DNA of 63,753 nucleotides, filler included, from Stramenopiles sp. TOSAG23-6 (lineage: Eukaryota), in the NCBI GenBank assembly GCA_900128565.1. It is 23 parts of 23 records of this genome, joined end to end, with 100 filler letters (N's around TTAATTAATTAA, not from the genome) between each part and the next. Parts side by side here need not be neighbours in the genome. Positions count along the whole stretch, not along the records: positions 22,321 to 25,001 come from LT637873.1; positions 25,102 to 27,781 come from LT637874.1; positions 27,882 to 30,561 come from LT637875.1; positions 30,662 to 33,335 come from LT637876.1; positions 33,436 to 36,106 come from LT637877.1; 18 more parts are not named here. One strand, 5' to 3'. Every line of letters begins with the position of its first letter. The first letter of the stretch is position 1. The position numbers were made by a program, and so were the translations under genes. Below, in pieces: positions 23,333-35,760 of this stretch. Under the pieces are notes generated by a model. It was not told the origin of the DNA. It worked only from the letters and a program-made list of their open reading frames with translations, and ran no database searches.

Positions 23333-24564
23333 TTAGGATTCTTTACTAATCGTAACAGTCGTTGCAATACCTTTACCAATATAATTTACTAAAGAATTAT
23401 TCTTGTCAAATGAATCGTAGTCAGCAGCCCATGGAAATACACCACGAAATCCATGAGTTTTTACAAATTTTCCAATTTCAAAATTTTGTTTTTTACTTGG
23501 AAAGGGATCTCCATCACAAATACAAACTTCATATGCTACATTTGGACACTTTTCAGAATAATACCCTCCCCATGTATTGTGAAAAAATACGAAATCATTA
23601 AAAAAAATCGTTAGGTACGAAATTTCGTACGAAAAAAAAATTTAGATAAAAAATTGAAAAAAAAAACATACATGTATGCTCACTAAGAATTTTAAATGGA
23701 TTATGATTTTTAAGATCCACCGTAAAATATCCAATGCCGAGATTTATTTGTTGCCTTGATATACCCCAAATGGATTCGATAACAAATACATCCTTTTTCC
23801 ATTGCCAAATTGAACAATCACGTGGTGTATGATAAGACATTGTATCGAGGAATAAATTGGGGTTTTCACGAAAAATATCTTTATCTACCCAAGGAATGAA
23901 ACCTAAAGGATAGGAATCAAAACCAAACGCACCCACAGCTGCTCCAACAGTAAATCCTACACCCATGGACTTTTGGAAAAATATTTCAAAAAAAAAATCG
24001 TTAGGTACAAAATTTCGTACGAAAAAAAAAACGAATTTGAAAAAAAATGAATTTGAAAAAAAATAAAACATTCATGGACTTTTGTATAGCATCTAAGAAT
24101 ACAGAGTACGCCTTTCGCTCTGCATAAGTATAAACACCTGCACTTTCGAGCCTTCCATGACCTTCAAAGTCAAAAGATAGGCCTTGAATATGACTCCCAC
24201 AAGATTTGACTGTTGAACCAATACTTGAAATATACGATTGACAGAACATTTCGTTTGCTGAAGACCGATTAGGGTCGATACATCTCCAAGGGTCAATATT
24301 AGGGATTAACGTGACAGTTGTGTTGTGATTCTGTGCAAGCTGATGAAGCCGGAGAAAATAAGGTGATTCTGGACAAGAAGTTTCACCAGTTGTAGAGTTC
24401 ACTTTGACTGTTCCGCTTCGGATCGTAGTATAAACATCCCAGTTAAGAAGTTCCAACGAAGTAGAATTTTCGTTAACCAGCCAACCCGTTACGTCAACAC
24501 TTCTAATTTGATGTAAGAGTGTAAATAATAGTATACTGTGTAAACATTGCTGCATTGAGCTCAT
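23333..24564 (-). CDS. Secreted GH18-like (chitinase/chitobiase-like) hydrolase
   Basis: Signal peptide; GLSFDFEG; GFRGVFPWAADYD; introns 23965-24073 (GA-AT) and 23572-23671 (GT-AT). Confidence 0.7.
23965..24073 (-). other. GA-AT intron with 12-nt direct repeat
   Basis: CAAAAGTCCAT|GAATGTTTT...CAAAAGTCCAT|G. Confidence 0.8.
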
Positions 24565-25154
24565 TGCTGTAACAACCTATTCTGTTTAGACAGAGGAACA
24601 CTTTTAAATGATAATGAGTGGTTGGTGTTGTCATGTAATGGTGAAAGTATCACGAATAAATAAACATAATTTCCTTTAAAAATGACGGTTAAATATTTCG
24701 TGTTTTTTTGGAAAAACGAACTTGAGTTGAGTTCTCTCTTGAGCTCGAGACCACTGGATACAATTCGACTGGAGAATTCTTGAGGAAGGTAGTAGTAATT
24801 AGCATCAGGTTTTGAGTATTTTATATGTAGATTTCGATGAGCAAGCCTTGAGATTTTTATTTGACGATGCATCATCAACGACGTTTGGTACCACCCCCCC
24901 CACCTCCTCCTCCGCTACCACCGCCAATAGAAAGTAGGAAGCAGTTTGAGCCTTCGCGTGATTATTATCCGCCCCACCTACCACCGCCAATAGAAAGTAG
25001 GNNNNNNNNNNNNNNNNNNNNNNNNNNNNNNNNNNNNNNNNNNNNTTAATTAATTAANNNNNNNNNNNNNNNNNNNNNNNNNNNNNNNNNNNNNNNNNNN
25101 NTTTTGTACCTAACAAATTTTAGTTTTTTTTTGAAATATTTTTCCAAAATACAT

Positions 25155-25295
25155 CTTGAAGTAATTCGTCAATTTCAAATTCAAAAACAAGAAATGAGAA
25201 AATTGATGCAAAGCAGTCTCGATCAAATGGCTCAAGTTGTATCTGAAAATACTCGCCTGCGTAATGAAAACGACTTCCTGAGGCATATGCATTAA
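25155..25295 (+). CDS. NEDD1: NEDD1/GCP-WD-like C-terminal exon
   Basis: LEVIRQFQIQ..EM...ENTRLRNEN; follows an AAAATACAT intron end. Confidence 0.65.
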   Translation, partial: LEVIRQFQIQKQEMRKLMQSSLDQMAQVVSENTRLRNENDFLRHMH

Positions 25296-25390
25296 AGTGG
25301 TTTCAGTAAATATATAATATAATAAACACAAAATGTAAATGAAATTTTTTTTTTTTTTTTAATAAATATTTTTTGTAAAGCTTGTTAAAA

Positions 25391-27711
25391 CTACCCATCT
25401 TCCAGCCAATTTTTCATTCTATCCGCCTCCATCAAACTCTCACTACGATTTCTTTGTTCTTCGAAGCTTCCAGGTTTCCGCGTGTCCGACACCACAATGA
25501 CTTCCGAGCCAGTATCTTGCTCAGTAAACTGACTGCCGTCCGGTCTCTTATATGTAGTGCGTCCGTATGCGCTGTACACCACTTCATTTGGGTTTACCTT
25601 CATGCCTACTGACGAGAGCGAATGTGCATTGAGCGCGTCATGTAGTGCATTTAACCATTCATCTTGTTCTTCTTCATTTTCCATCGCAAAAACATAAGTA
25701 TATGAGCTATTGTCAGTAGTATTAGATACACCGTTTGTCATCGTTGTACTTTGTTTTGAAAAACCAATACCAAAAGGAAAACTACGGCTTGAAATAGCAG
25801 TGATAGATGTAGCAGACGCACTATAAACATTTGCCATCAGACTTCCAAGCTTATTAGATGCTTTCATACCGTTCGTCTTTTCATCATACCAAGATAATGA
25901 ACAATCTATCTTTAAGACACACCATACATCTCCCCAAGTAACGCGTCCAAACGTGGCCTGGTGGCGTATTTTCAACCAACCCTCCTTTAGTATTCCATTA
26001 TTTAATGAAGCTCGTCGGTCTCGTTTTGATGATTTCTTTGTTGGATTATCCATCATTGCTTTTGTTTCTACTTTGTCTTTTATGTTTTTTAGTTCTTTTG
26101 TCCTATTGTAATATGATACAGCTATTGGAGCTGCAATGTTAATGTCTTCTGTTACTTGTGAATTTTTTGGTGGCTGTGGTTTTTGAGAATTGTTATCAAA
26201 GGGCGAAGCTAAAGCAAGCATTAATGACATTCGATCTTTGAAGTGTACACTCTCTCGTGCCCTTCGGTTGGCCTCGGAAACTTTGTCGCTACTACGCATC
26301 TCTATGTGCTGTTCGACATCATCACGAGGTTTACTTGATGTACGGACAGATTTACGAAGAGAATTATCTTTTTTTTCATTATTTTCATATGCTTCGTCTT
26401 TCAAAAGTAATCTACCTAATTTCATCTGTGAGGCACAAGCATCATCTGCTTTACTTGGCACTGAAGACATATTTAACATATCAGTATCAAGGTCACCAAA
26501 ACAACACTGGAGACACCTGCGATATGCCTTGGTTATTGAAAGAAAAAACATCAATACAGTAGCAACTGGAAACATTGTAAATGCATATTTGAATAATGCT
26601 CCAGTTTCAAAACGATACAACTGTGAGAACGAGGACTTATATAGTCCGCCATTCTCACCAGATGGTGTAGCCTGAGCTTGCAAAAGGCATAAAAAATTAT
26701 ATCCTATACTAAATTGCATTCGATTAATGTAACAACCGAAAAACATCAAGGCATAGATATCTGTTTTACGCCTAGGATAGATATGGAGCATTGAAGCTCC
26801 AGCTTCACTATCAAAAAAACCACAACAACAACCAGGTAATTTTATCGTCATTAAACTGTAAAATGTACAAAGTGTCAGGTAAAATAAAGGAACAAATATG
26901 ACGAAATGTGATAGTGCAACATCCTCTGGGGGAATATAACTAAAACAGTATGATATAATAGAATGCCTTCCAGGTATAGCAACAGTAAATTGATCTGTAA
27001 GTACAACTATTGACAGCATCCAAGCTATAATAGAACTCAATTTATATACTATTCGACCCAAATATTTGTTCCAATACCACGAAAACCGAGCAAAAACAGA
27101 ACAATTACGATTTGACCATCGCGATTCTGCAAATGATTTATTTTGAGATAAATCGGAAAGATCTCTCCATTCTTTGATATTTTCATACCAAGTAGTTCTC
27201 CTCCGTAACTCATATTTTATTGCCATATTTAAGTTGTATCTAAGGGCTACGCAGCGAGAAAGTTGTTTCTTTTCAGTGTCTAATACAGTGAAACCAATTT
27301 CTTTTAACATTTCACTTCGATCCCATTCAGAAGTGATTTTATCAACAAATATCATAACATTATTTTCCTTTTTTTTACATTCTCGCTCAATATCCCAGTG
27401 GAGTAGCGACGTTATATGCTCTTTAATTGCATTTGTTGTATTTTCGGCTGCTTTTTCAGCTTCCTGTACAAGAATGGACATTCGCTCCTTTAATTGTTTA
27501 CTACACTGATTATCCATCAACTTACGCGCAGAAAGAATACGTGAAATATCCCTCGACAACCTCTTCATCGACTTAACATGTTTGTGCTGAACATGCTCAG
27601 CACGCCATTCTAATAGAGCTATCCTATCAAGATAATTGCCTCCTCTCCACAAAGCAATTGGAACAGCACTAAGTCCGTGTCCTAATGTAGCTGTAATTAG
27701 AAACAAACCAT
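25391..27711 (-). CDS. LMBR1-family (LMBRD2-like) membrane protein with C-terminal PH domain (5' truncated)
   Basis: YGLFLITATLGHGLSAVP..LW, multiple TM segments, LKEGWLKIR...W..ALHDAL. Confidence 0.8.
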
Positions 27712-27932
27712 ATGTGTTGTGAAAAAATATCTTAAAAAAATGCAAAACATTTGTTAGGTACAAAATTTCGTATAAAAAAAANNNNNNNNNNNNNNNNNNN
27801 NNNNNNNNNNNNNNNNNNNNNNNNNTTAATTAATTAANNNNNNNNNNNNNNNNNNNNNNNNNNNNNNNNNNNNNNNNNNNNCGAAATTTCGTACGGAAAA
27901 AACAATTCGAAATTGAAAAAAATAAAACATAC

Positions 27933-28573
27933 ATATGTATGGTATCTTGATAAGCATCAATCAATTCTGTTTCGTCAACTACTTCGTTATTCAGATTTTG
28001 CAGTTGATTAAAATTTCTTCTCAAGTTTTGCGAATAAGAATTATTTATATTTCGTTGTCTTTGATCGTTGTAACTAGTTTCTACGATTCCTTTAAAACCG
28101 ATATACTCAATATCGATATTGTGCTCTCGGTGACTTGAAATCAATTTTAGAACAACAAATCTACCGGTTAGACCCATAGGTGAACAAACTGATGCAACTC
28201 CTCTCTCTACACATGGCAACTGAAGGAATAAGGCTGCGGTGGCTCCGCCACCTGCTCGTCTTTCATGTTCATATTTGTTCCGTGTAAAATTGTCATAGCT
28301 TGCAAAGTCATGGATATTCGGTACAGAATTTGTCACAAAAACCATCATATTTTTCAAAGGAGCAGTAAAAGTTGAGCCTGGTGCCCGGGAAATGACTTCA
28401 TTTATCGTAAATCTTTTACCTTCTGGGTGAGTTAGTACAATATTAATGTTCGACGATTTACTGCTACAGTAAGTAGACTCGTTGTCATGAAAGCAGTTGT
28501 TAACTGAATATGTTGATGAATAATCCCCGCCATCACAGGAAAGCACCTTAAGCCTCAAGAAGGATGCTGCCAT
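27933..28573 (-). CDS. Protein with galactose-binding-like N-terminal domain (3' truncated)
   Basis: SCDGGDY...YCS...FVVLKLISS...NIDIEYIGFKG; ends at an AT|GTATGT donor. Confidence 0.55.
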
Positions 28574-28846
28574 TTCAGAATTAGTATGTCGCTACTTACG
28601 CACGTAACATATTGCTAATATCTTTACCCCAACGGATGATGAAAAGAGTGTAACAATGTAGAGAGCCAATTCCGCTCCTTATTTGAAAATCAAAAATGTG
28701 CGCATTATTACCTTTTCGATTTCGTGTAATTTTTCGTGTTTTTTCTGCAACGGATTTTTTTGTAAAAGAAAAACGGAAAACTGACTAAAGTATACAGTCT
28801 AAGTATATTTGGAAACCAGTATATAAGTATTTACCACTCCTTTATA

Positions 28847-29299
28847 ATGTCGTCATTTCAGAACAAAACAGATAAACTTCTGATTGTCAGCATGGTTTTG
28901 CTTGCTTTATTTGGCGTAGCATACGCTATTTACACCCTCTTCTCAAATCCTGACTTCCAACTAGTAGTCTTCGTTATACTTTCTAGTATTATTTGTACAG
29001 CGCTTACGTTACTCCTATATATCATCATCCGAGAATGTGTGTATAGAACTGTCACTAGATTGCAAATTGAGGGATACATGCAAGGTACTAAGTTTTACCG
29101 ACAGCAAGAGCTTTTTGCTGCTGACCTCGCTTCTCAAAGAGCAAGGCTCGCAGCAAAGTTGTCGGGAGCTCACGAATTTAAGGCTAACGAAGATTTGGAC
29201 AAGGGCACCCTGGAAACCCCTGCCGGTGTCCCTGAACAGACGAAGCTTGGCAATACTGATTTGGATAATTGGGACGAATTTGATGATGCTGATTATTAA
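28847..29299 (+). CDS. Small two-TM membrane protein
   Basis: 150-aa ORF with two hydrophobic segments. Confidence 0.6.
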   Translation: MSSFQNKTDKLLIVSMVLLALFGVAYAIYTLFSNPDFQLVVFVILSSIICTALTLLLYIIIRECVYRTVTRLQIEGYMQGTKFYRQQELFAADLASQRARLAAKLSGAHEFKANEDLDKGTLETPAGVPEQTKLGNTDLDNWDEFDDADY

Positions 29300-29800
29300 T
29301 ATTTTCAACTTATTTTTCAACTTAAATAAATCAATTTAATAAATTGTAAATTGTAAAATTCTCAAAAATTTAAAAAAAATTAAAAAAAAAACATTTTTTT
29401 CATTTTTTTATCAAGTCATCGAAGACATTATGAGCATTGAGACTTAAAATTTTGATATCATCAGAATATGAAAAATGTAATCTGATTCAGAAACAAAGAC
29501 TTAGTCATAACAGACACAGTCAGAGACTCATTTCAAGAGCCCGCATTGAAAGTCATATAGTCATATTCGCGTCGATTCGCGTTATAATGTTATAATTAAA
29601 AAANAAAAAAAAGATTATCAATGCTACGACGTTACCTGGTACCAGGTCCGAATTAAATTTTTTTATGATGAACGCGAACGACGTCGTCGTGACCTACCTG
29701 CGATCAGATCAAGAACCTTTCGTTGTTTCGTTGCGCTAACCAGTAAAAAAGCAAAAGAAAGTGTTGATTTCAAGATTGTGCCAGATTCAATTAATAAAGA

Positions 29801-30501
29801 ATGGGAGAATTTTTTTCTGAAATGACTGAGGATAAATCAATGGAAATCTTAGCTGGTATTACTGTTGCAGTTGTAGGTGGTATTGCTGTATATGCATCTT
29901 TCAACTCTTCTAAGCCTACGCCTTCAAAAACCGTGAATCGAAAGCTTGTTCCTGCTAGTGGATCCAATAAATCTGACTCTCGTGCAAATACAGCACAAGA
30001 ACAAACGGAGATGCCAAAGAAGAAGAAGAAAATNACAAAGCTAGAATTGAAACAGCTAGAAGCAGCGCATAAGAAAGCTGAAAAGAAGCGTCGGCAGCGA
30101 GAGAAGAAAGCGGCTAATAAAGCGGCTAATAATAAAGCGAATGCCAAGTCCTCAAGCAGTAAAAAGATAGATTCTGATGGTGAACTTTTGAATCTGTCGA
30201 AGTTACAAAACGTGAGTTCATCTACTAAAGAAAATAAAGATAAAACATCGTTCAATAAGAAAGAAGCTGAGCGCCTTGCTCTAGAGAAGCAGGCAGCTGA
30301 AAATGCTGCTGACGGATGGAGCACTGCCGGCTTTAAACCAAAGAAGAAGAAGAAAACACAGGTTCTTCAAAAGAAAAAGGTCTTGCCAAGCATTGGTAAG
30401 ATGTATGTTCCTATCGATTCAAAAAAAATTGGTCATATCATTGGACCTAAAGGAAGTACCATGCACAAAATTGAAGAAATGAGTTCCTGTCGAATTACTA
30501 T
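29801..30501 (+). CDS. Membrane-anchored KH-domain RNA-binding protein (3' truncated)
   Basis: N-terminal TM; IGHIIGPKGSTMHKIEEMSSCRI; AT|GTACATTTT donor. Confidence 0.75.
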
Positions 30502-30690
30502 GTACATTTTATATGAATTTCTAATTTATTTTTTTTCATACGAAATTTCGTACCTAACGATNNNNNNNNNNNNNNNNNNNNNNNNNNNNNNNNNNNNNNN
30601 NNNNNTTAATTAATTAANNNNNNNNNNNNNNNNNNNNNNNNNNNNNNNNNNNNNNNNNNNNGAAAAAAAACAAAAAATATAAAATAATAT

Positions 30691-31884
30691 TTATTTGAAT
30701 CTATTGCTAGATTTCAAACTATAAAGTTTGTTAGTAAGTCTTTGTGTTAAATCTGCCTCATTTTTAAGAAGATCTTCAAAAAAACCACTACTTCTACATG
30801 CAGTCAGGAGTAATGGAATATAATTACTAATTTTTCTTGCACTAGGTGATACATGTCCATTTGTACTTTTAATATTGTTCTTTTCATAGAAATCTTCGAT
30901 AAATCTTGCTTGATTAGCAGTCCATCTTTCATATGGCCCTCTTTTTAGTGTTTTTCGTGTTTTCTTATCTGTACCAACTGCCCTCACTCGGTCGGGTGCC
31001 TTCCTTTTTAATGTCGAAGAAGCTGAAGCGTCAACCTTAAAACGTCCAGATAGAGGACCGCCGAAAGTAGAACTCCCACTTTCTTGACCATCACTAACAA
31101 ACTCCCTCTTTCCACCAGCAATTTCCGCTGGTTCTACATCTGCTTCTGCCGATGCTTTTGCTAGAGCTTGAATTATTACTGCTGGTTTTGGTTTTGGTTT
31201 TGCTTCTGCTTTTGCTTGAATTATTGCTGCTGCTTTTGCTTGAGCTTGAATTATTGCTGCTACTTTTGCTTTTGCTTCATGTGTTAAAGAAGACGCTTCA
31301 CCTGTAACACTATTATGTGCACCCTGCTTTCCCTTAAAAATACCTGTTTCTGAGAGAGACCCTGTTATTCTAGCAATCAAAACTTTAGCATGCAATTTCA
31401 ACATATCCAAATCTTTACCATTTGCAAAGCCTTCCACAAGGTCGTCAAGTTCGTCTTCTGAAGATTCTGAGGATGAACTATCAGAATCTATTGCACCATC
31501 ATCACCTGTAGCGTTTTTCAATTCTGACGGTAGAGAACGCGGGTTTTCATTAATAATTTCGTGATAAATATCTTCATTATTAGACTCTAAAGAAGTATCG
31601 GAAGTATCATCCTTCAAAATATCATGCCTCAAAATATCATTTTTTTCTGTAAAAATTGTATTCCTCTCCAATTCCCATGGAAACTTCTGAATTGTATCCC
31701 TCTCGAAATCCCATGGAAACTCCTGAACCGCATCGGGGAACTCCCGGAACTCTGACTTCCAAATCTTATCCGCACTGGGTAAATTAGTCGCGAGATTACA
31801 CGTTAATCCCAAATCGAGGCATGAAAGAATTGTAAATAAATAAATAAAATTCATCTGTATTAAGCCTTGTATGGTGTTCGCCAA
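30691..31884 (-). CDS. Hypothetical protein (likely ATG at 31854)
   Basis: 397-aa ORF; FPW repeats, Ala-rich repeats, weak HTH-like C-terminus. Confidence 0.55.
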   Translation of the reverse strand: MANTIQGLIQMNFIYLFTILSCLDLGLTCNLATNLPSADKIWKSEFREFPDAVQEFPWDFERDTIQKFPWELERNTIFTEKNDILRHDILKDDTSDTSLESNNEDIYHEIINENPRSLPSELKNATGDDGAIDSDSSSSESSEDELDDLVEGFANGKDLDMLKLHAKVLIARITGSLSETGIFKGKQGAHNSVTGEASSLTHEAKAKVAAIIQAQAKAAAIIQAKAEAKPKPKPAVIIQALAKASAEADVEPAEIAGGKREFVSDGQESGSSTFGGPLSGRFKVDASASSTLKRKAPDRVRAVGTDKKTRKTLKRGPYERWTANQARFIEDFYEKNNIKSTNGHVSPSARKISNYIPLLLTACRSSGFFEDLLKNEADLTQRLTNKLYSLKSSNRFK

Positions 31885-32105
31885 CTTTTACGTATTCGAT
31901 ACGCTTAATTAGCTTGGTACAGCTAATGGGTACCGGTAATTAAAAGCTCGCTGCGCTGGCTCGATCTCATCTCAGATTCTCGACTGCTCGATTTTTTGAT
32001 CAGATCGGTCATTTAAAACATCAAAAACATCACCGATTGCATTGTGCCGCTGCGCAGGCTTTCACATTTTATTTATGAATGATAAATAATTAATATTTTT
32101 TGCAA

Positions 32106-32756
32106 ATGTCAGATGGATACGACTACGATGCTCTTGTGAATGGAAACGCTATTGACCAGCAGCAATTGAATTCAAATGTATTAGAACTTAAAGTTGCACT
32201 TCTAAATGAGAAGCTTTGTCCTGAAATATTACAGTACAAAGATGAGCTCGTAGACGATATCAAGAAACAACTTGAGCTACAGCAAGACCTCATCATTCAA
32301 GGCGGCGGCCCGAATAATTTTTCAATTGCTATATATCAGATGGAGATTGATCGAATTCGTTTTATGCTTACCTCTTATTTGCGTGTGCGTTTGCTGAAGC
32401 TTGAAAAGTATGTGTTCTATATAATGGCAACCGCCGATTTCCACAACAGGTTATCACCAGGAGAGTTTGAATATGCAAAGCAGCACCTCAACAATATTGG
32501 ATCACATTTCAATGATTTAGTTTTAAACCATTTACCGGATAAGTTTAAGGGATTGGACGAGACTAAAACCCAGTTGGCAAAACCTCCTTTGAATGAATTC
32601 GTGTTTTGCCGAGTTAAGAAAGACATTGGTGATGTAGACGTTGGTGACTTAGACCTTGCAGGGGGGCATGTCGACCTTGAAAAAGATGATGCTTATCTAC
32701 TGCGATATATAGCAATTCAAACACAGTTATACGAAGGAAAAGTTGATCTTATTTAA
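32106..32756 (+). CDS. SLD5: GINS complex subunit 4
   Basis: NEKLCPEILQY, YQMEIDRIRFMLTSYLRVRLLKLEKY. Confidence 0.92.
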   Translation: MSDGYDYDALVNGNAIDQQQLNSNVLELKVALLNEKLCPEILQYKDELVDDIKKQLELQQDLIIQGGGPNNFSIAIYQMEIDRIRFMLTSYLRVRLLKLEKYVFYIMATADFHNRLSPGEFEYAKQHLNNIGSHFNDLVLNHLPDKFKGLDETKTQLAKPPLNEFVFCRVKKDIGDVDVGDLDLAGGHVDLEKDDAYLLRYIAIQTQLYEGKVDLI

Positions 32757-32784
32757 AAAATTTATTTCATGGAGTTACAATATT

Positions 32785-33183
32785 TTAAGAACTTTTTTTT
32801 TTTTTTTTACGGTTTGCGTTCTCAGTCGCCCACTTTTGTTGTTGTTTCCATATCGCTTCTTGATACATTCTCTGATATTCTACATCATCAAACCCAATCA
32901 ATGATTCTAAAGATGGACCCATAAAGTATAAGTATAACGAAGCTCCTGCCAACACGGTTACTATATGAATTTGGTACAAATAAACTCTGCAAAACATTGT
33001 TGTTACCAGTGCTAAAAAAACAAGAAATGTGCGTAATAGCATTGTTCCATTTACACCAATGTCATTAGACAAGCCATTTGATCCATATATACCTCTACTA
33101 TTTTTCATTTTCGATGAATCTCGATATACAGCTACGCACCAATCGCACCACTCATTTTTCATTTCAAAATAACTTGGACAGTT
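32785..33183 (-). CDS. Terminal exon of a membrane protein
   Basis: Open frame after branch motif; two hydrophobic segments, basic tail. Confidence 0.5.
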   Translation of the reverse strand, partial: NCPSYFEMKNEWCDWCVAVYRDSSKMKNSRGIYGSNGLSNDIGVNGTMLLRTFLVFLALVTTMFCRVYLYQIHIVTVLAGASLYLYFMGPSLESLIGFDDVEYQRMYQEAIWKQQQKWATENANRKKKKKSS

Positions 33184-33435
33184 ACGTATTGTGAAATATA
33201 GTTCACGTTTGAAATTCGTTAGGTACACAATGTTTTAGGAAAAACAATTTGAACAATAATACATCTGAATAAATTTGAACAATAAATTTGAACAATAAAT
33301 TTGAACAATAAATTTGAACAATAAATTTGAACAATNNNNNNNNNNNNNNNNNNNNNNNNNNNNNNNNNNNNNNNNNNNNTTAATTAATTAANNNNNNNNN
33401 NNNNNNNNNNNNNNNNNNNNNNNNNNNNNNNNNNN

Positions 33436-34130
33436 TTATTTGTTTGTGTTTCTGTATAATTTCCGATCCCGGAAAAGTTTTCCTTAGTCACTTTTATCGG
33501 GATTTTTGGAACTAAATTCGAAGCCTTGGATTTTCTATAAGAATATGGAACTTTCCTAGGTAACTTTTTGTTAAGCGACCTGAGTGTGGTTGTTGTCTCA
33601 CTTACATTATTGTCTATTAAATTGGGATCCCCCCCCCCGTAAGTTGGAGTAGGTTGCGCCATACTAGCGAGTGCAGAATATAGGCATTTCCGCAGTAACT
33701 GTACTACAGAATGACAGAAGCCTTTCTGATTAGACGTGGAGCTTTCTAATAACGACGTGATTAGGAGAATGTCAAATTGTGTGCCATCAGTTAACCATAA
33801 TGGTATTACTTTTGCAATCATCTTGCTTTCGGTGCCATTGGTTGTTTTTCTTTTTATTTTTAATAACTCGTGACGCAGTGTGATACAGAACCAGGTTAAA
33901 TGAGCAGAGGAGGGAACTGAAACAGAACACAGCCAATGACTCGGAGGTCCATTTAGTATAATATCATCCAATAATACCAGTGATTTTAGTGGCGACTTTA
34001 AATGAAGTTGTTTCAACGTTGCACGGGCTAACTCTGCTTGGCCCAAAGAAGCATAGTTACAGAAAGCTGAAGCCAAGTGGCGTGCTTCATTCGTTAGGAG
34101 AAATTCTGGGCATGAAGAAGCTGTTTTCAT
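33436..34130 (-). CDS. Spastizin/ZFYVE26-like N-terminus (3' truncated)
   Basis: LASAFCNYASLGQAELARATL...WLCSVSVPSSAHL resembles the N-terminus of plant/animal homologs as I recall them. Confidence 0.55.
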
Positions 34131-34615
34131 TGAATAAACGTCAAAAATCAATCAGATATGTAATTTTAATATGAACCCAATAAATGGAGAATTAATGCGC
34201 TTCTCTATATACTTCTCTTCGCGGGATGGATTTTTTCATCTTCCCTCTTGCGTCTTTTTGAGTCTCTCTTGAGTCTTGACCAAAACAAATCGAAATGCAC
34301 AGGAGCCTTCTTCGGATATATTTCGATACGCTAATACGGTACGTTATTAGTTAGGGTTAGGGTTAGTCTTGACCACTAATGTCATATAAACTACACTCTC
34401 TTTAAGTTTTCTCTTCAATAAACTATATTTTTCCAGTACCTACACGTACAGCCCTAACCAGTATCAGCTATTAGTAACTAGATTAAGGTCCTTCATGATT
34501 TACTTGTTGTTGACATCATTTGTCAACCCATAGTACACTCCACCTCCACCAACACATCAGCGACATTGTTTTAGCCAATCGAAACATTTGCTATTAATTT
34601 TATATTACACAAAGT

Positions 34616-35549
34616 ATGGCAAGATTATTACAACTTGTTTTAGCGCAACCACAAAGTAACTCTGCAATTAAACCTTTCTTTCGTAGATTTCTCAGTAGTG
34701 CTGTTGTTCCACGAAGGAGTGTGCTCTATGTTCCAGGATCAAACATCCGGGCACAAGAAAAGGCCCATAGCCTTGATGCTGAATCACTTATATTTGATCT
34801 TGAGGATGCTGTTTCCCCCCTGGATAAATGTGCCAGTAGGTTGGCCGTTGATAAATGCTTTGCAAGTCAGTCATTTGGACGACGGGAAAGAGTCATTCGA
34901 GTAAATGGATGTGATACAGAGTGGCATACAGCAGATGTCAAAATGTCCTGCGAGTCATCTGCGGATGCTATTCTCTTACCTAAAGTAGAATGTAGCAAAC
35001 AAATACGTGAACTAGATTTATTGATGAATAAAAATGGTGCACAAAAATCAATGAAGATTTGGGCAATGTTGGAAACGCCAAAGGGTATTTTAAATGCAGA
35101 AAAGATTGCTTCCGCTAGTGGAAGACTTACGGTACTAGTTATGGGTACGTCTGATCTACAAAAACTGTCAAAGTCGTATGCCACTGTTAACATCTTTTGG
35201 ACACTCTATTCTAGCTGCTCGTGCAACTCAAACTGCTATTATTGATGGTGTACATTTAGATTTAAAAGACAATATAGGATTTGAAGATACTTGTCGACAA
35301 GGTAGAGATATGGGGTTTGATGGTAGAACACTTATTCATCCAAATCAGATAAGTTATGCCAATGATATATATTCCCCATCAATAGAAGAAATTGAGAAAT
35401 CACAAAGAATTATTGATGCTTCTAAAACTGCTGAAGGAAAAATTTTCGTTTTGGATGGTAAACTCGTGGAAAATTTGCATGTGATTGAAGCGACTAGAAT
35501 ATTGGACTTTCAAGCCGCAATTGAACGTTTGAGAAACAATAAACAATAA
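34616..35549 (+). CDS. Citrate lyase beta-subunit-like (CitE/HpcH) CoA ester lyase; apparent deletion/frameshift ~35165
   Basis: RRSVLYVPGS, DLEDAV, PKVE, GFDGRTLIHPNQI; presequence-like N-terminus. Confidence 0.88.
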
Positions 35550-35760
35550 ATAAACCCTTGTTTTTCGTTATTTCGTGCGATTTTATGAACATCAAATAAT
35601 ATCGAAGTTCGGAAGTACTTTTTTTTTTTTTAATAACCGACGAAAGAAACGACAGGCTCGACGAAAAAAATACGTTCATGCCCCGAAATTCATCGGCTGG
35701 ATTAACTCTATTATTTTAACACTACAGAGGATACTGAAGTAGACATTTATTAGAAGTATA

